Shown here: piece by piece, positions 38,169 through 49,041 of the stretch
Layout of the letters: the number at the start of each line of letters is the position of its first letter
Numbering within the stretch: position 1 is the stretch's first letter
Source of the DNA: an uncultured Spirochaetota bacterium
GTDB lineage: Bacteria > Spirochaetota > Spirochaetia > SZUA-6 > Fen-1364
Length of the DNA stretch: 64,000 bases
Direction: 5' to 3'
Assembly: GCA_963745235.1 (NCBI GenBank)
Contig: CAVUXE010000035.1
Span: forward strand, 256,001 to 320,000
The notes under the pieces: generated by a model
What the model saw: the letters and a program-made list of their open reading frames with translations, nothing else
Told to the model about the DNA's origin: nothing
The model's database searches: none
Position numbers and translations under genes: made by a program

Positions 38169-41100
38169 TCAGCCGCTCACGGGGCCGGCGTTGTCTGGAT
38201 GTTTCCTTCGTTCAAAGAGATAGAAAGCCGCGGGAACAACGTAGAATGTCAGCACCGTTGAAGAGATGATTCCCCCCAGCATCACGACTCCCAGTTTCTG
38301 ACCGAACTCTGCGCCCTGGCCCCTCCCGAAAATGAGCGGGAAGCTTATCACGAGCACCGTCAGGGTAGTCATGATGATGGGTCGGAATCGAAGCCTCGCT
38401 GACTCCACCAGCGCGTCCCGGAAGGGCATCACCTTCATGCGTTCCACCACGAAGTCCAGGTAGAGGATCGCGTTCTTCGCCGAAAGACCGATCAGCATCA
38501 GCATTCCCAGGAGCCCGAAGATGTCCAGGCCGGTGCTCAGCGCCCACGCCAGCCACAGCGCGCCCGCCAGGGCCAGCGGCACCGGCAGAAGGAGGTACAC
38601 GGGATAGCGCCACGAGTTGAACTGGGCGCCCATCACCAGATACACGAGGAACAGGGCCAGGAGGAAGGCGAGCGGCGCCTGGCCGGCAAGCTGCGCCGCG
38701 AGATCAGCGGGGCCGAAGCGCTTCTCCGTGTCGAAGCTGACGCCGTTGGCGAGGATGTCCGCTCTTCTCATCTCCGCGGTCACCTGGTTCTGGAAGGCAA
38801 GCGGAGGCGGAGCGTCGGGGGCCAGGTCCAGGTCAATGTCAGTGGAATACCGCCTGTTGGTCCTGTCAAGCCGAAGCGGAATCCTGCTGAGGATGAACGT
38901 GCCGAACTGCCTTGTCCGCATTGTGCTCTGCAGGGCAGAGGAGTAGACGGGAAGATTCAGGAGGGACTGGGCGCCGGAGAGCTCGGTCGGATCCATCTGC
39001 ACGATGATGGGATAGCTGATCCCGCCCAGCTGCACCATTGAGGCCTGCATGCCGGAGGTGTAGGTCTGCAGGGCGTCAGCCAGCGCGCCCGGTGTGATGC
39101 CGGTCCCGCTCAACCGATTGGGATCGGGGACGAAGTCGTTCTCCAGCGTGGTCTGCGACAGGTCGGAGGCGGCATCCTCCACGTGCGGGTTGGCCGCGAG
39201 GAACGCCAGCGCCTTGTTGTTGGCGTCTGACAACGCGTTGAAATCGGAGGTTGAAAGCGTAAAGGAAACACGTGAACCCTGTCCCTGGAGCCCACCCGCC
39301 GCGCTTGCCGAGATGCCCGCAGACGGCTGGTCCCGCAGCAAGGCAAGGAGATTTTTCCGATACTCGGCTGCAAGGATAAAGATGTTCCTTCGCTGCCGCG
39401 GCGGCACCAGCTGAACGGTCATGCCGGCGATGTTCGGACTGGACCCGAAGGTGGCCGTTCCATTCGAACCCACCGTCGTCTGGACGGAGAGAACGTCGTG
39501 CTGGTTGAACAGCCAGGCCTCTGCGCGTCCCGTGGCCGCGTTTGTCACGTCAATCGGGGCTCCCGGGGCAAGGCGCAGGTTGATCTGCATGACCCCCGAA
39601 TCCGCCTGGGGAACGAAGCTGAAGGGGATCCGCGGCCCCAGGAGGAAAAGGGTCCCCAGGAAAAAGACGACGGCGCCCGCCAGGATCCACCCACCGCGCG
39701 CAATCGCGGCACTCAGGGTGTCCGCATAACGGTCTCGCAGCCACCGCAGTCCCGCTTCCGCCACCCGGTGCGGTGCCGTGACGATGGCCTGAATGACGGA
39801 GCGGGGACGGGAATCAGGGGTGTACGCAAGACGGACCGTCAGGAAAAGGACGGCCTCCAGGAGAGAGAAAAAGACCGCCGCCGCCAGCCCGAGGGAGAAC
39901 TGCATGAGGTATCGTCCGACAAACCCCCCGATGAAAGAGACGGGAATCAGCACCGCCATCAAGGAAAGGGATGCTGCAACCACGGCGCTGAACACCTCGC
40001 TTGCTCCCTTGAGAACGGAGTCCTTCAATCCGTAGCCCATCTGCCGGTATCGCTCCACGTTTTCCGCCACCACGATGGAGTCATCAACCACGATCCCGAT
40101 GGCAACGATGAGGGCCAGGAGTGAGACCTGGTTGAAATTGAAGCCCGCGAGCTTGTACAGGACAGGCGCCGCCGAAAGGGCAATGGGGATCGCCAGGATC
40201 ACGGAGAGCGCGGTGTTGAGCTTCCCCAGGAACAGGAGACAGACCAGCGCGACCACGACGGCCGTGATGATCAGCTCCCGGTAGGTGGAGCGGATGGAGG
40301 CTTTGATCGGTTCCGTGGTGTCGTTGCTCACGACGATCGAGTACCCGGCGGGTAGCTGGGTTGAGGCAAGGAGATCCCGCACGTTCTGGGCCACGGCAAC
40401 CGTGTTGCTGTCCGTGGTCTTCTGAACCGACACGAGCACGACCGGCTGTCCGTCCACGCGGGCGTACGTTGTGGGCTGCGGGACATCCCTGACCGACCCG
40501 AGGTCTCGTACGCGGATGCCGCGGATGGCATCCACCAGGATGGAGGAAATCTGGGCAACGTCCTGCGGCGCGCTGGCCGTGGAGAAGGTCATCGTCTGTC
40601 CGCTGCTCGCCACCGTGCCGATGGACTGGTTCAGCGCAGAGGCCGAGACGGCAGCGGTCACCTGTTGCGGGTTGAATCCGTAGTATTGGAGCTTGTTCGG
40701 GTCCAGCAGGACCTGGAACTGACGCTGCGGCGCACCGTCCAACTGGATGTTCGCGACGCCGTCAACGCGCTGCAGCACGGGCTCCAGGTCGTTCTGCGCC
40801 CAGATGCCCACGTCTTCCAGGCTCGCCCTCGAGGCGCGGATTCCGAACTGGATGATGGGAAGGGCATTCGGGTCGAAGGTCTGCACGGACGGCGGGGTCA
40901 CGCCGCTGGGGAGCGTCTGCACCGCAGCGGAGACAGCCGCGGCTACCTGGTTGGTGTCGGCAAACCGGTCAGTGCCCGGGTCGAAGCTGATGATGACCCT
41001 GCTGGCGCCCAGGACGCTCGTCGACTTTATGACAGTGATGCCGCTAATCGTGGAAACGGCGTTCTCGATGATCTGGGAGACCTGCTCCTCCACCACGCTC

Positions 41101-41312
41101 GGGGAGGCGCCGGGGAACACCGTGTTCACGACGACAACCGGGATGTTGACAGTGGGAAGGAGGTCGACCCCCAGGTTCATGGTGGAGATCAGACCCAAAG
41201 CAACAACGGCGACAAAGAACCCGATGGACAGGACGTAGCGGGTGACGGAGAATCGAACAGCCGGATTGATCCTGTCGAAGACTTTCGCCTGGAGGTCGCG
41301 CAGGGTGCTCAT
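38169..41312 (-). CDS. RND efflux permease (AcrB/AcrD/AcrF, HAE1)
   Basis: 1047 aa; GIVVDDSIVVAEN, AKNAIL and RFRPIIMTT proton-relay motifs. Confidence 0.93.
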   Translation of the reverse strand: MSTLRDLQAKVFDRINPAVRFSVTRYVLSIGFFVAVVALGLISTMNLGVDLLPTVNIPVVVVNTVFPGASPSVVEEQVSQIIENAVSTISGITVIKSTSVLGASRVIISFDPGTDRFADTNQVAAAVSAAVQTLPSGVTPPSVQTFDPNALPIIQFGIRASRASLEDVGIWAQNDLEPVLQRVDGVANIQLDGAPQRQFQVLLDPNKLQYYGFNPQQVTAAVSASALNQSIGTVASSGQTMTFSTASAPQDVAQISSILVDAIRGIRVRDLGSVRDVPQPTTYARVDGQPVVLVSVQKTTDSNTVAVAQNVRDLLASTQLPAGYSIVVSNDTTEPIKASIRSTYRELIITAVVVALVCLLFLGKLNTALSVILAIPIALSAAPVLYKLAGFNFNQVSLLALIVAIGIVVDDSIVVAENVERYRQMGYGLKDSVLKGASEVFSAVVAASLSLMAVLIPVSFIGGFVGRYLMQFSLGLAAAVFFSLLEAVLFLTVRLAYTPDSRPRSVIQAIVTAPHRVAEAGLRWLRDRYADTLSAAIARGGWILAGAVVFFLGTLFLLGPRIPFSFVPQADSGVMQINLRLAPGAPIDVTNAATGRAEAWLFNQHDVLSVQTTVGSNGTATFGSSPNIAGMTVQLVPPRQRRNIFILAAEYRKNLLALLRDQPSAGISASAAGGLQGQGSRVSFTLSTSDFNALSDANNKALAFLAANPHVEDAASDLSQTTLENDFVPDPNRLSGTGITPGALADALQTYTSGMQASMVQLGGISYPIIVQMDPTELSGAQSLLNLPVYSSALQSTMRTRQFGTFILSRIPLRLDRTNRRYSTDIDLDLAPDAPPPLAFQNQVTAEMRRADILANGVSFDTEKRFGPADLAAQLAGQAPLAFLLALFLVYLVMGAQFNSWRYPVYLLLPVPLALAGALWLAWALSTGLDIFGLLGMLMLIGLSAKNAILYLDFVVERMKVMPFRDALVESARLRFRPIIMTTLTVLVISFPLIFGRGQGAEFGQKLGVVMLGGIISSTVLTFYVVPAAFYLFERRKHPDNAGPVSG

Positions 41313-41562
41313 GCATGGGCCCCGGAGGCCACGGAGCCTTGCGTGGACCGATGGAACCGGCCGTGGTCCCTCTCCGCGCCGGCTGCTGCGCGAGCGAGGG
41401 AGGAACCTGATCCATGCTGTATCCGATAGTGATCGAGTCGAATGGCCTGTGCTCCTCCCGCCCGTGAAATCCGCTATCCCGTGATTCTATTGTCATATTC
41501 AGGATACTGCGCTGCGAGACGTTTGGAAATTGCGTTGCTTCGCTGGCCACCTGCAGACAGTT

Positions 41563-43359
41563 TCAACGCCATCGTTGGGAGACAGCGGAGTTCTTGCGGT
41601 TGAACTCTTCGATCTCCCCTCGCAGGGTGTTCACCATTTCCACGAGCGAGCGGGAGGATTCGGTGATGATCTGGATCCTTCTTGCATTCGTCTGCGACAG
41701 CTCGTTGATGGATTCGATGGAGCGCGAGATGCCGGCCAGGGAAAGGCTCTGTTCGTTCATGGCCCTCGTGATATCCTCCGCGCGGCCTTTGACAAGTTGG
41801 GCGCTTTCCTTCACCACCTGGTTTGCCTGCGCCTGGTCTTCCGCGCGCTCGGAGAGCTCGGAGAATGCGGCAACGATACCGCCGATGTCCTTGATGATGG
41901 CGTTGATGCGCGACACCGCTACCGCGGTGTTCTGCATCCCGTTGCCGATCTCCTTCCCGTTGTTGCGGATCAGATTGTCGATGTTTTTGATGCTCGATGC
42001 CGTTGCGTCCGCCAGCTTGCCGATCTCATTCGCCACGACCGCGAAGCCGCGGCCTGACTCCCCTGCCCGGGCTGCCTCGATTGTGGCATTGAGGGCCAGC
42101 AGGTTGATGCGGTCGGAAATGTCGTTGATGATCTCGATGATCCCCGTGATCTCGGTGGAGCTTCCCTGGATTGTCTGCATGCTCTCGTTCATGGTCCGAA
42201 GGGATTCTTCCCCCGACCTGGCATTTGCGGACACCCCATCGATCATCGTCAGGGCATGGGACACCGTGCGGGAAAGGGCGTCGGTGGATCCGGTGAGCCT
42301 TACCAGGGTCTGGGACAGATTCTCCATCCCGGAGAGCTGCTTTTCCGCGCTCTCTTTCACACTGAGCGCGGCGCCGGACGCTCCCCCGATGGACGCGCTG
42401 ATCTGCTCCGTGGCGGCCGCCTGGTCATGGGAATTGTCCGTGAACTCGGCGATGCTGCGGGAAAGGGATTCGGTGTCCCCCAGGAGCTTTCCAGAGCTGG
42501 ACTTGAGGACGCCCCGGATGAAAAGGTTCTGGGTCAGGTTCTTCTCCGACTCCTTTTGAGCGCGCTCGTTGGCCAGTTCCGTGCCGCGCGCCAGGTCCAG
42601 AAAGCGCCGCAGGGACCCCGCCATTGAGAGCAGGATGAAGAGCGTGATCCCGATGGTGAATCGGGAATACCGGAGGTGCGGGAAGATATCGTAAATGACT
42701 CTGCTTTCGACCGTGTGGGTACTGATGACGTCTATCGAGGCGCCGTAGATGGCCAAGAGCAGCCCTAGGAAGGAAGGCAGCAGATAGCGAAGCCGGCTAT
42801 GCCGGATCATGTCGATAACGAAGCAACAGACCGCGTACAGGATGTAGAGGGCCAGGACCCCGTCCCGTACGCTGTACAGAAGTCCCTGCATTCCCCGACC
42901 GTGGTCGCCCTGCCTGATCATCCAATCCTCGCGATGCTGCGTCACGGAAACGTACAGGTCCGGCATCGCAAAGGCGACGAACGTGAACGCGATTGCCAGC
43001 AGGAGACCGGCGATCATCACCGCCCGGTTTACCTTCTTCCCAAGAGGTCCGAAGGCGAGCAGGCTGCCAAGCATATTGGGAATGGCGAAGAAGAACAGAG
43101 TTGCGGCCACCTGCTCCATGCGATGGAACTGCATGCCAAGGGTCGTCTCTCCGAGCCAGCCGCCGACCAGCAGGATCATCGCTTCGCAGAAAACGAACGC
43201 TGCTCCGCCAAGGGCCAGGACGGACATGCTCAGGTAAAGCCGATCCCGGACAAAAGAGTATATGAACGCGAAAATGAACAGGCCGATCAGGAGCATGCCA
43301 AAGCAGACGAGCGGCGGAACAAACTCAGAGAGCGTCAGGGTTTGCTGGAATTGCGACAT
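41563..43359 (-). CDS. Methyl-accepting chemotaxis protein with about 7-TM sensor region
   Basis: Multiple N-terminal hydrophobic helices; [28 protein letters not shown]. Confidence 0.9.
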   Translation of the reverse strand: MSQFQQTLTLSEFVPPLVCFGMLLIGLFIFAFIYSFVRDRLYLSMSVLALGGAAFVFCEAMILLVGGWLGETTLGMQFHRMEQVAATLFFFAIPNMLGSLLAFGPLGKKVNRAVMIAGLLLAIAFTFVAFAMPDLYVSVTQHREDWMIRQGDHGRGMQGLLYSVRDGVLALYILYAVCCFVIDMIRHSRLRYLLPSFLGLLLAIYGASIDVISTHTVESRVIYDIFPHLRYSRFTIGITLFILLSMAGSLRRFLDLARGTELANERAQKESEKNLTQNLFIRGVLKSSSGKLLGDTESLSRSIAEFTDNSHDQAAATEQISASIGGASGAALSVKESAEKQLSGMENLSQTLVRLTGSTDALSRTVSHALTMIDGVSANARSGEESLRTMNESMQTIQGSSTEITGIIEIINDISDRINLLALNATIEAARAGESGRGFAVVANEIGKLADATASSIKNIDNLIRNNGKEIGNGMQNTAVAVSRINAIIKDIGGIVAAFSELSERAEDQAQANQVVKESAQLVKGRAEDITRAMNEQSLSLAGISRSIESINELSQTNARRIQIITESSRSLVEMVNTLRGEIEEFNRKNSAVSQRWR

Positions 43360-43723
43360 TGTGTTGCGCCTGCCACGCGTCAGTTGAATGCTTCAAGGAA
43401 ATGACAGCCATCTGGATATCCCAAGTCGTGGCATCTTGTCCAGCCGCATCCGGCACCCATCAGGACCGCCTCAGCCGCGGCCCTCCCGGCCCAGTAGCGG
43501 CAGGCCGCGCGGATCGGGCGGCCGCGAGATGCTTCCCGAACAATCGCCCGCGTGATCTGTTCCATGGTTCTGGAACAGGTGTGGAACGGTGGAACATCCA
43601 GAGTGAAGCAGCTCCCGGTAGAAATAGACCGTTCGTCATAATTTGCGCCTTAATGCGGCGGGCGGAGTTGACCTTTTGGAGGTTTGCGAGTAGGTGCGGC
43701 AAAAAACTCTTGTCCGTTCCTCC

Positions 43724-43740
43724 TTGGCATGATTGTTGCA
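43724..43740 (+). promoter_or_regulatory. sigma54 (-24/-12) promoter
   Basis: TTGGCATG-ATTG-TTGCA; GG and GC have canonical spacing; 85 nt before the MCP start. Confidence 0.8.
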
Positions 43741-43825
43741 TTTTCTCTGCATCCAAAGGGCGAGCATTCGCAGGGCTCTTGACTGATGGGCACCTCGGCT
43801 GCCGCCCTGCAACGAGGGGAGAGCC

Positions 43826-45523
43826 ATGAACAACTCCTTGGATCACGAACCTGGCGGGAAAACTCGCGGGGCTCGTCGCCGCTCGGTGTCGACGAGGATC
43901 ATACTGGTCCAGATGGTTGTCGTTCTTGTTGCCATGGGGCTGAACGGCGCCTTCACGACGCTCCAGATGAGGGACCAGTTGAACGCATCCCTGCAGCAGC
44001 GGGGAGGGCAGCTTCTCAAGAGGCTGCCCGCGAGCCTGTCAACGCCTCTCTGGAACCTTGACAACGCTTCGATCGAAATGCTCATCGGGCTGGAAATGGC
44101 GGACAACGACGTCCAGGCGATCATCGTAAGAGGAGACCAGGGAACTTTTGGCTCTCTTCGTGATGCCACGGGCAAGATCTCCCCGTACGATGAAAGCCAG
44201 GCGAAGGCTGTCCAAGCAGCCGGCTATCAACACCTGCAGGCCCCCGTCCTTTACCAGGACAAGAACATCGGTGGTATCGATGTTTTTCTTTCCGACCGTT
44301 CGATCAAAGCGGCACTCCGGGCGAATCTGACACAGACAATCCTGGTTGCCCTTGGCATAATCATTCTCTTGGCTCTATCCACGTTCCTCATCAGCCGCCT
44401 GCTCGTGAGCAGGCCATTGAGGTCCATCAATCATGCGGTGGGACGCATCGCACGGGGAGATCTCGGCAACCTGGTCGAGTTCAGGTCCCTGGATGAGCTG
44501 GGAAGCCTGGCGGAGGCGGTCAACGAAATGATCGCACAGCTCCGTGGCATGGTGGTTCAAATCCGGGAGACTTCGGACCAGGTAGCCGGATCCAGCAGCC
44601 AGATCTCGGACAGCGCCCGGGAGCTCGCTGCTGGAGCCCAAAGTCAGGCGTCTACCCTCGAGGAGACGAGCGCCGCGGTAGAGGAGCTCACTTCGAGCGT
44701 CGAGCAGGTGGCCTCACATGCCCAGAATCAGGCCGGTTCGGTGGAAAAATCCGAGACAGCCATGAAACAAATGCGCGGTTCTGCCGACGCCGTTTCAATC
44801 ACTCTGAAGGAAGTATCAGGCCTGTCCGGCGAATCCGTCCAGATGGCGCATTCCGGTGTCGAAGCAGTGAATGCTGCCGTGACGGCAATCCGATCAATCT
44901 CGGAGAACGCGGTGCAGATCGGCAATATTGTGACCGTCATTTCCGATATCGCCGACCAGACGAACCTCCTCTCCCTGAACGCCTCCATCGAGGCGGCACG
45001 AGCCGGCGAACATGGACGGGGTTTCGCGGTCGTGGCGCAGGAGGTGAGCAAGCTCGCCGAGCGCAGCGCGGCATCCACGCGGGAGATTCAGAAGCTCATT
45101 GAGGACAGCGCACGCAACGTAACCAACGGCGTGAAGATCGCTGAGGGCGCACTGGGCGCAATGAACGCCATTATCGCCGGGGCGCAGAGAACGAACGAGT
45201 CCATCACCGCCCTGTCGAAAAACATTCAAGCACAGATCGAGTCGATCGAAGGGGCGGCGGCGGCCACGGAGACAATCACCGAAATGTCGCGCAGCATTTC
45301 GGCGGCCACCGAGGAGCAGACGACGAACGCCCGCCAGGTTGCCGGCGCTGTGGAGAACGTGAACGAGCTTACCCAGCATGCTGCAGAGGCTGCGAGCCAG
45401 ATGTCCGATGCGACAGCCGGGCTCACACGGCTGGCGACACAGCTGAAAGAGCTCGTGCAGCAGTTCGTGCTGGAGAACGGAAAGGGGCCGGGTGGGCAAT
45501 TCTCGCACTACGCCCTTCAGTGA
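43826..45523 (+). CDS. Methyl-accepting chemotaxis protein (2 TM, small periplasmic domain, HAMP)
   Basis: [20 protein letters not shown]; [27 protein letters not shown]. Confidence 0.94.
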   Translation: MNNSLDHEPGGKTRGARRRSVSTRIILVQMVVVLVAMGLNGAFTTLQMRDQLNASLQQRGGQLLKRLPASLSTPLWNLDNASIEMLIGLEMADNDVQAIIVRGDQGTFGSLRDATGKISPYDESQAKAVQAAGYQHLQAPVLYQDKNIGGIDVFLSDRSIKAALRANLTQTILVALGIIILLALSTFLISRLLVSRPLRSINHAVGRIARGDLGNLVEFRSLDELGSLAEAVNEMIAQLRGMVVQIRETSDQVAGSSSQISDSARELAAGAQSQASTLEETSAAVEELTSSVEQVASHAQNQAGSVEKSETAMKQMRGSADAVSITLKEVSGLSGESVQMAHSGVEAVNAAVTAIRSISENAVQIGNIVTVISDIADQTNLLSLNASIEAARAGEHGRGFAVVAQEVSKLAERSAASTREIQKLIEDSARNVTNGVKIAEGALGAMNAIIAGAQRTNESITALSKNIQAQIESIEGAAAATETITEMSRSISAATEEQTTNARQVAGAVENVNELTQHAAEAASQMSDATAGLTRLATQLKELVQQFVLENGKGPGGQFSHYALQ

Positions 45524-45547
45524 AGGGAAGGAACAAGGGAGGTTCTT

Positions 45548-46298
45548 ATGCTTAAGAGAGTTATGGCTTTGGGCGTGCTGCTTGTTGCTGTCCTTGCGAC
45601 GGCCGGCGCACAGCAGGTGATCAAGATCGGCTACTTTGACAACGGCCCCTTCGTGCTTGGCCAGCCAGGCGGAAAACCTCCGGTTGGAGCGGCCGTCGAC
45701 TACTGGAACACAATCGTAGCCCCGGCCATGAACGTGAAGGTGGAGTGGGTCGGGCCAACTCCCATGCTGAGGCTTCTCGGCCAGCTGAAGACCGGCGACC
45801 TTGATGCGCTGCTGGTCGTGGGGAAGAATCCTGAAAGAGCGCAGATTTTCCTTTACCCCGCAGCGCCGTTTGTGCGATTCCAGCCGGGAATTGCTGTCCG
45901 GAAAGAAAACCCGCTTGCGGTCATCAAGACGCAGGATGACCTGAGCGGCTTGAGAGTCGGGACCGCGCAAGGGGCAGTAGTTTCTGATTTCATCAAGACG
46001 GCGAAGGTCACGTGGGACAACGTGAGCACAGCGACGTGGATTCAAGACGGTTTTGCCAAGCTTGCGAACAAGCGCATTGATGCCGTATTCAACCTCACTC
46101 TGGACGGTCTGCGGTATGAGGCCTCTCAAACCTACCCCGGCAAGTTCAAGTTCCTTGCTCTGCCCGGTTCCTCCCGCGGACATCTTTACTGCCTTTTCAA
46201 AAACTGACAGAGGCTCCGCCTTCCTGAAGCAGTACGACGCGATCAACGCGAAAAATGCATCTGCCATGGAGAGGCTGGTCAAAAAATATACAGAGTAA
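45548..46298 (+). CDS. Family 3 (polar amino acid-type) solute-binding protein, +1 frameshift at about 46163
   Basis: Signal peptide; LKTGDLD, NPER, DLSGLRVG, KRIDA; C-terminus continues in ORF 46053-46298. Confidence 0.8.
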
Positions 46299-46311
46299 GG
46301 CTTCCGCGAGC

Positions 46312-46348
46312 GAAAGAGACGGTACTCACGCCCGGTATCGTCTCTTTC
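46312..46348 (+). terminator. Strong hairpin terminator
   Basis: GAAAGAGACGGTAC / GTATCGTCTCTTTC 14-bp stem. Confidence 0.75.
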
Positions 46349-46404
46349 ACAAAAAACTCTATTCAGTTTGATTTCTAAAATTACTGTGTTATTATTAGCT
46401 CAAG

Positions 46405-47037
46405 ATGCTTGGGAAAACGGCGAAGCGCCAAGCAGCACAACCACTGCGCAATCTCCCATCGCGCGAACGCATTATCCGTGCAGCAAAAGAGTTGTTTGAA
46501 AACAGGGGCTATCATGGCACCGGCTTGAACGAGATCGTTCGCCGAGGCAAGGCGCCAAAAGGCTCGATCTACTACCATTTTCCCGGGGGGAAAGACGAAA
46601 TTGCCGCCGAAGCCATTCTCCTCGTGGGGCGTAGCTTTGAAGAGAACAGCCGCGTCAACCCGGTCGAGAAGCAGACTGCTGCCGACGCGGTACGGACATT
46701 TGTCGAGCGGCTGTCTTCCGTCATTATGGAATCCGGCTACCGTTCCGGAGGCTCCCTGGCGATTGTCGCATCAGAGACTGCGACAACAAACGAGAAGCTG
46801 AACAAAGCCTGTCGGAAAGCCTATGACCTTATCAGGGGGACCGTCAGGAAAAGGCTGCATGATCGCGGCTTCCCGGAAGCCGAGGCCGAGTCGTTGTCAA
46901 CTGCAATAACGGCAACCGTAGAGGGCGGCATCATTCTGAGTCGAACCTACCATTCGCGCAAGCCACTGCTCACCATCGCCAGACTTCTTTGCGAGATGCT
47001 GAAGGCGGTGGATCCTGCAACCAAGCGACGTTCCTGA
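46405..47037 (+). CDS. TetR/AcrR-family regulator (LmrA/YxaF-like)
   Basis: GYHGTGLNEI..APKGSIYYHFPGGK; EGGIILSR. Confidence 0.92.
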   Translation: MLGKTAKRQAAQPLRNLPSRERIIRAAKELFENRGYHGTGLNEIVRRGKAPKGSIYYHFPGGKDEIAAEAILLVGRSFEENSRVNPVEKQTAADAVRTFVERLSSVIMESGYRSGGSLAIVASETATTNEKLNKACRKAYDLIRGTVRKRLHDRGFPEAEAESLSTAITATVEGGIILSRTYHSRKPLLTIARLLCEMLKAVDPATKRRS

Positions 47038-47080
47038 GAAGGTGAGGGCGATCCATCCAGCCTCGCGCTCTCCTCCCGCA

Positions 47081-47458
47081 TCATTTTCGCGCCTGCAGTG
47101 GCATGGGGAACATTTCCTGGATCTCGGAATCCGCAATGAACCCGGGGCCCAGGATCTTCAGGTGGATCTCCATGAATCGCCGGCCCAGCTCGATGGCTTC
47201 CTCGCGGGACTCTACCTCGATTATCGCGTAGCCGCCGACAAGTTCCTTCGTTTCGGGGAAGGGACCGTCGGTCACGGTCAACTTCCCACCAGAAGCCGTG
47301 ATCCTCGAGATCCTGGCGCTGGAGGCCATCCCTCCGGTCTGTACCAGCTTGCCAGCCTTGATCATTTCGTCAGTGAGCCTTCCGATTGCGCTCATAAGCT
47401 CGGGGCTGGGTTCGAATGCCTTGTTCGCATCCATGAGCATCTTCATCATGAACTGCAT
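47081..47458 (-). CDS. YCII-related DGPF-domain protein
   Basis: VTDGPFPETKELVGGYAI signature; GAGGAGG RBS. Confidence 0.92.
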   Translation of the reverse strand: MQFMMKMLMDANKAFEPSPELMSAIGRLTDEMIKAGKLVQTGGMASSARISRITASGGKLTVTDGPFPETKELVGGYAIIEVESREEAIELGRRFMEIHLKILGPGFIADSEIQEMFPMPLQARK

Positions 47459-47484
47459 CTCTTTTCCCTCCTCCTCGGAACGTA

Positions 47485-47511
47485 GTCGCGCGGAAAGGCG
47501 CCAAATCGACA
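47485..47511 (-). promoter_or_regulatory. ECF42-type promoter
   Basis: Minus strand TGTCGA-N17-CGAC directly upstream of a DGPF gene. Confidence 0.65.
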
Positions 47512-47598
47512 TTGCAATGAGCTACTGTCCTGGTTGTTCTGGGCCAGGTGTGCAAATATGACTCCAGGGGACATCGCGTTCCATGTGAGGGGTCTGCA

Positions 47599-49041
47599 GT
47601 GGGTGAAACCAGGAAGCTCGTAATCAGGAACGTCGGGGCCATCGTGACATGCGACGCTGCGAACAGGGTTGTGCGCGGCGCGGATATCCTGGTCGAAGGC
47701 CCTGCGATAGCCCGCATCGAGAGTGGCATCGATCCCTCCGGGGCGTCGATCCTTGACGCTCGAGGCGCATTCATATACCCGGGCCTCATCAACACGCATC
47801 ATCACTTCTTCCAGACGTTCGTGCGCAACCTGGTGTCAGTAGATTATCCCAACCTCTCGGTCCTCGAGTGGATTGCGAAAATATACGAGATCTTCACGCT
47901 CATCGATTCCGACGCGATCTACTATTCATCTCTCATAGCCATGGCTGATCTCGTCAAGCATGGGTGCACGTGCGCCTTCGACCACCAGTACTGCTTCCCC
48001 CGTGCCGCTGGCAAGAGGCTGGTTGATCGGCAGATGGAAGCGGCAAGGCTCATCGGAATCCGTTACCACGCGGGTCGTGGCGCGAATACTCTCCCCAGGG
48101 CAGAGGGGAGCACGATCCCGGACGAGATGGTGGAGTCGACTGACGAGTTTCTCGACGACTGCGACCGACTCATACGCGAATACCACGACGGGTCGCGTTT
48201 TTCCATGCGCCAGATCGCGGTTTCTCCGTGCCAGCCCATCAATTGCCGCCGGGAGACCTTTGTCGAATCCGTGGCCTTCGCGCGGTCGCGGGGCGTCAGG
48301 CTCCACACCCATCTGGGCGAAGGTGAGAATGGCCCCATGGAAGCTCGCTGGGGAAAACGCACCCTCGCATGGTGCAGCGAGATCGGCTTTGTCGGGCCCG
48401 ACGTCTGGTTTGCTCATGGATGGGAGCTGAAACCGGAAGAGCTCCCCGTGATGGCTTCTACAGGGACGGGGCTCTCGCACTGCCCCGCCCCCGCAGTGCT
48501 TGGCGGCTTCCCCATCATCAACATGCCTGCAATGCTGCGCGCGGGAATACGGCTGGGCCTCGGCTGCGACGGTTCTTCAACGAACGACGGCTCGAGCCTG
48601 CTCGACAGCCTGCGCGTAGCGTATCTCATGCAGGCGTATCACAGCAAGGAACGCGGGGGTTGCCCCAGTCCCTACGAAATGCTGAAGATAGCGACCGTTG
48701 GCGGCGCGCATCTCCTGGGCCGGGACGACGTGGGTTCCCTGGAGCCGGGCAAGGCCGCGGACCTCTTCATGATCGACGCCGGGAAACTCGAGCTGGCGGG
48801 AGCGACGCATGATCCGGCCAACCTCCTGGCACGAGCAGGCGTGACAGGCCCCGTGGCCCTCACGATGGTGAACGGGAAAGTCGTATACTCCGAGGGCAGG
48901 ATCACAGGCGTCGACGAGGAGCAGTTGGCGGCAGAGGCGGACCGCGCATGCACGCGCACAATCCGATCTCAGCTCACGATCCCGCCCGTCATTGATTTTT
49001 CGAGCTTGCAGAAAATCTTCTCCGGCCAGGCGAGAAGGTAG
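47599..49041 (+). CDS. Amidohydrolase (8-oxoguanine deaminase/AtzB-like)
   Basis: PGLINTHHHFFQ, LHTHLGE, WFAH, GLGCDGS, GSLEPGKAAD. Confidence 0.88.
   Translation: MGETRKLVIRNVGAIVTCDAANRVVRGADILVEGPAIARIESGIDPSGASILDARGAFIYPGLINTHHHFFQTFVRNLVSVDYPNLSVLEWIAKIYEIFTLIDSDAIYYSSLIAMADLVKHGCTCAFDHQYCFPRAAGKRLVDRQMEAARLIGIRYHAGRGANTLPRAEGSTIPDEMVESTDEFLDDCDRLIREYHDGSRFSMRQIAVSPCQPINCRRETFVESVAFARSRGVRLHTHLGEGENGPMEARWGKRTLAWCSEIGFVGPDVWFAHGWELKPEELPVMASTGTGLSHCPAPAVLGGFPIINMPAMLRAGIRLGLGCDGSSTNDGSSLLDSLRVAYLMQAYHSKERGGCPSPYEMLKIATVGGAHLLGRDDVGSLEPGKAADLFMIDAGKLELAGATHDPANLLARAGVTGPVALTMVNGKVVYSEGRITGVDEEQLAAEADRACTRTIRSQLTIPPVIDFSSLQKIFSGQARR

Noticed and set aside
43755-43825. Possible riboswitch (fluoride- or c-di-GMP-II-like words CTGATG, GGGCAC, TGCAAC) in the MCP leader
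   Set aside because: Key conserved segments and pairings could not be built by eye; an Infernal/Rfam scan would be needed to revive it.
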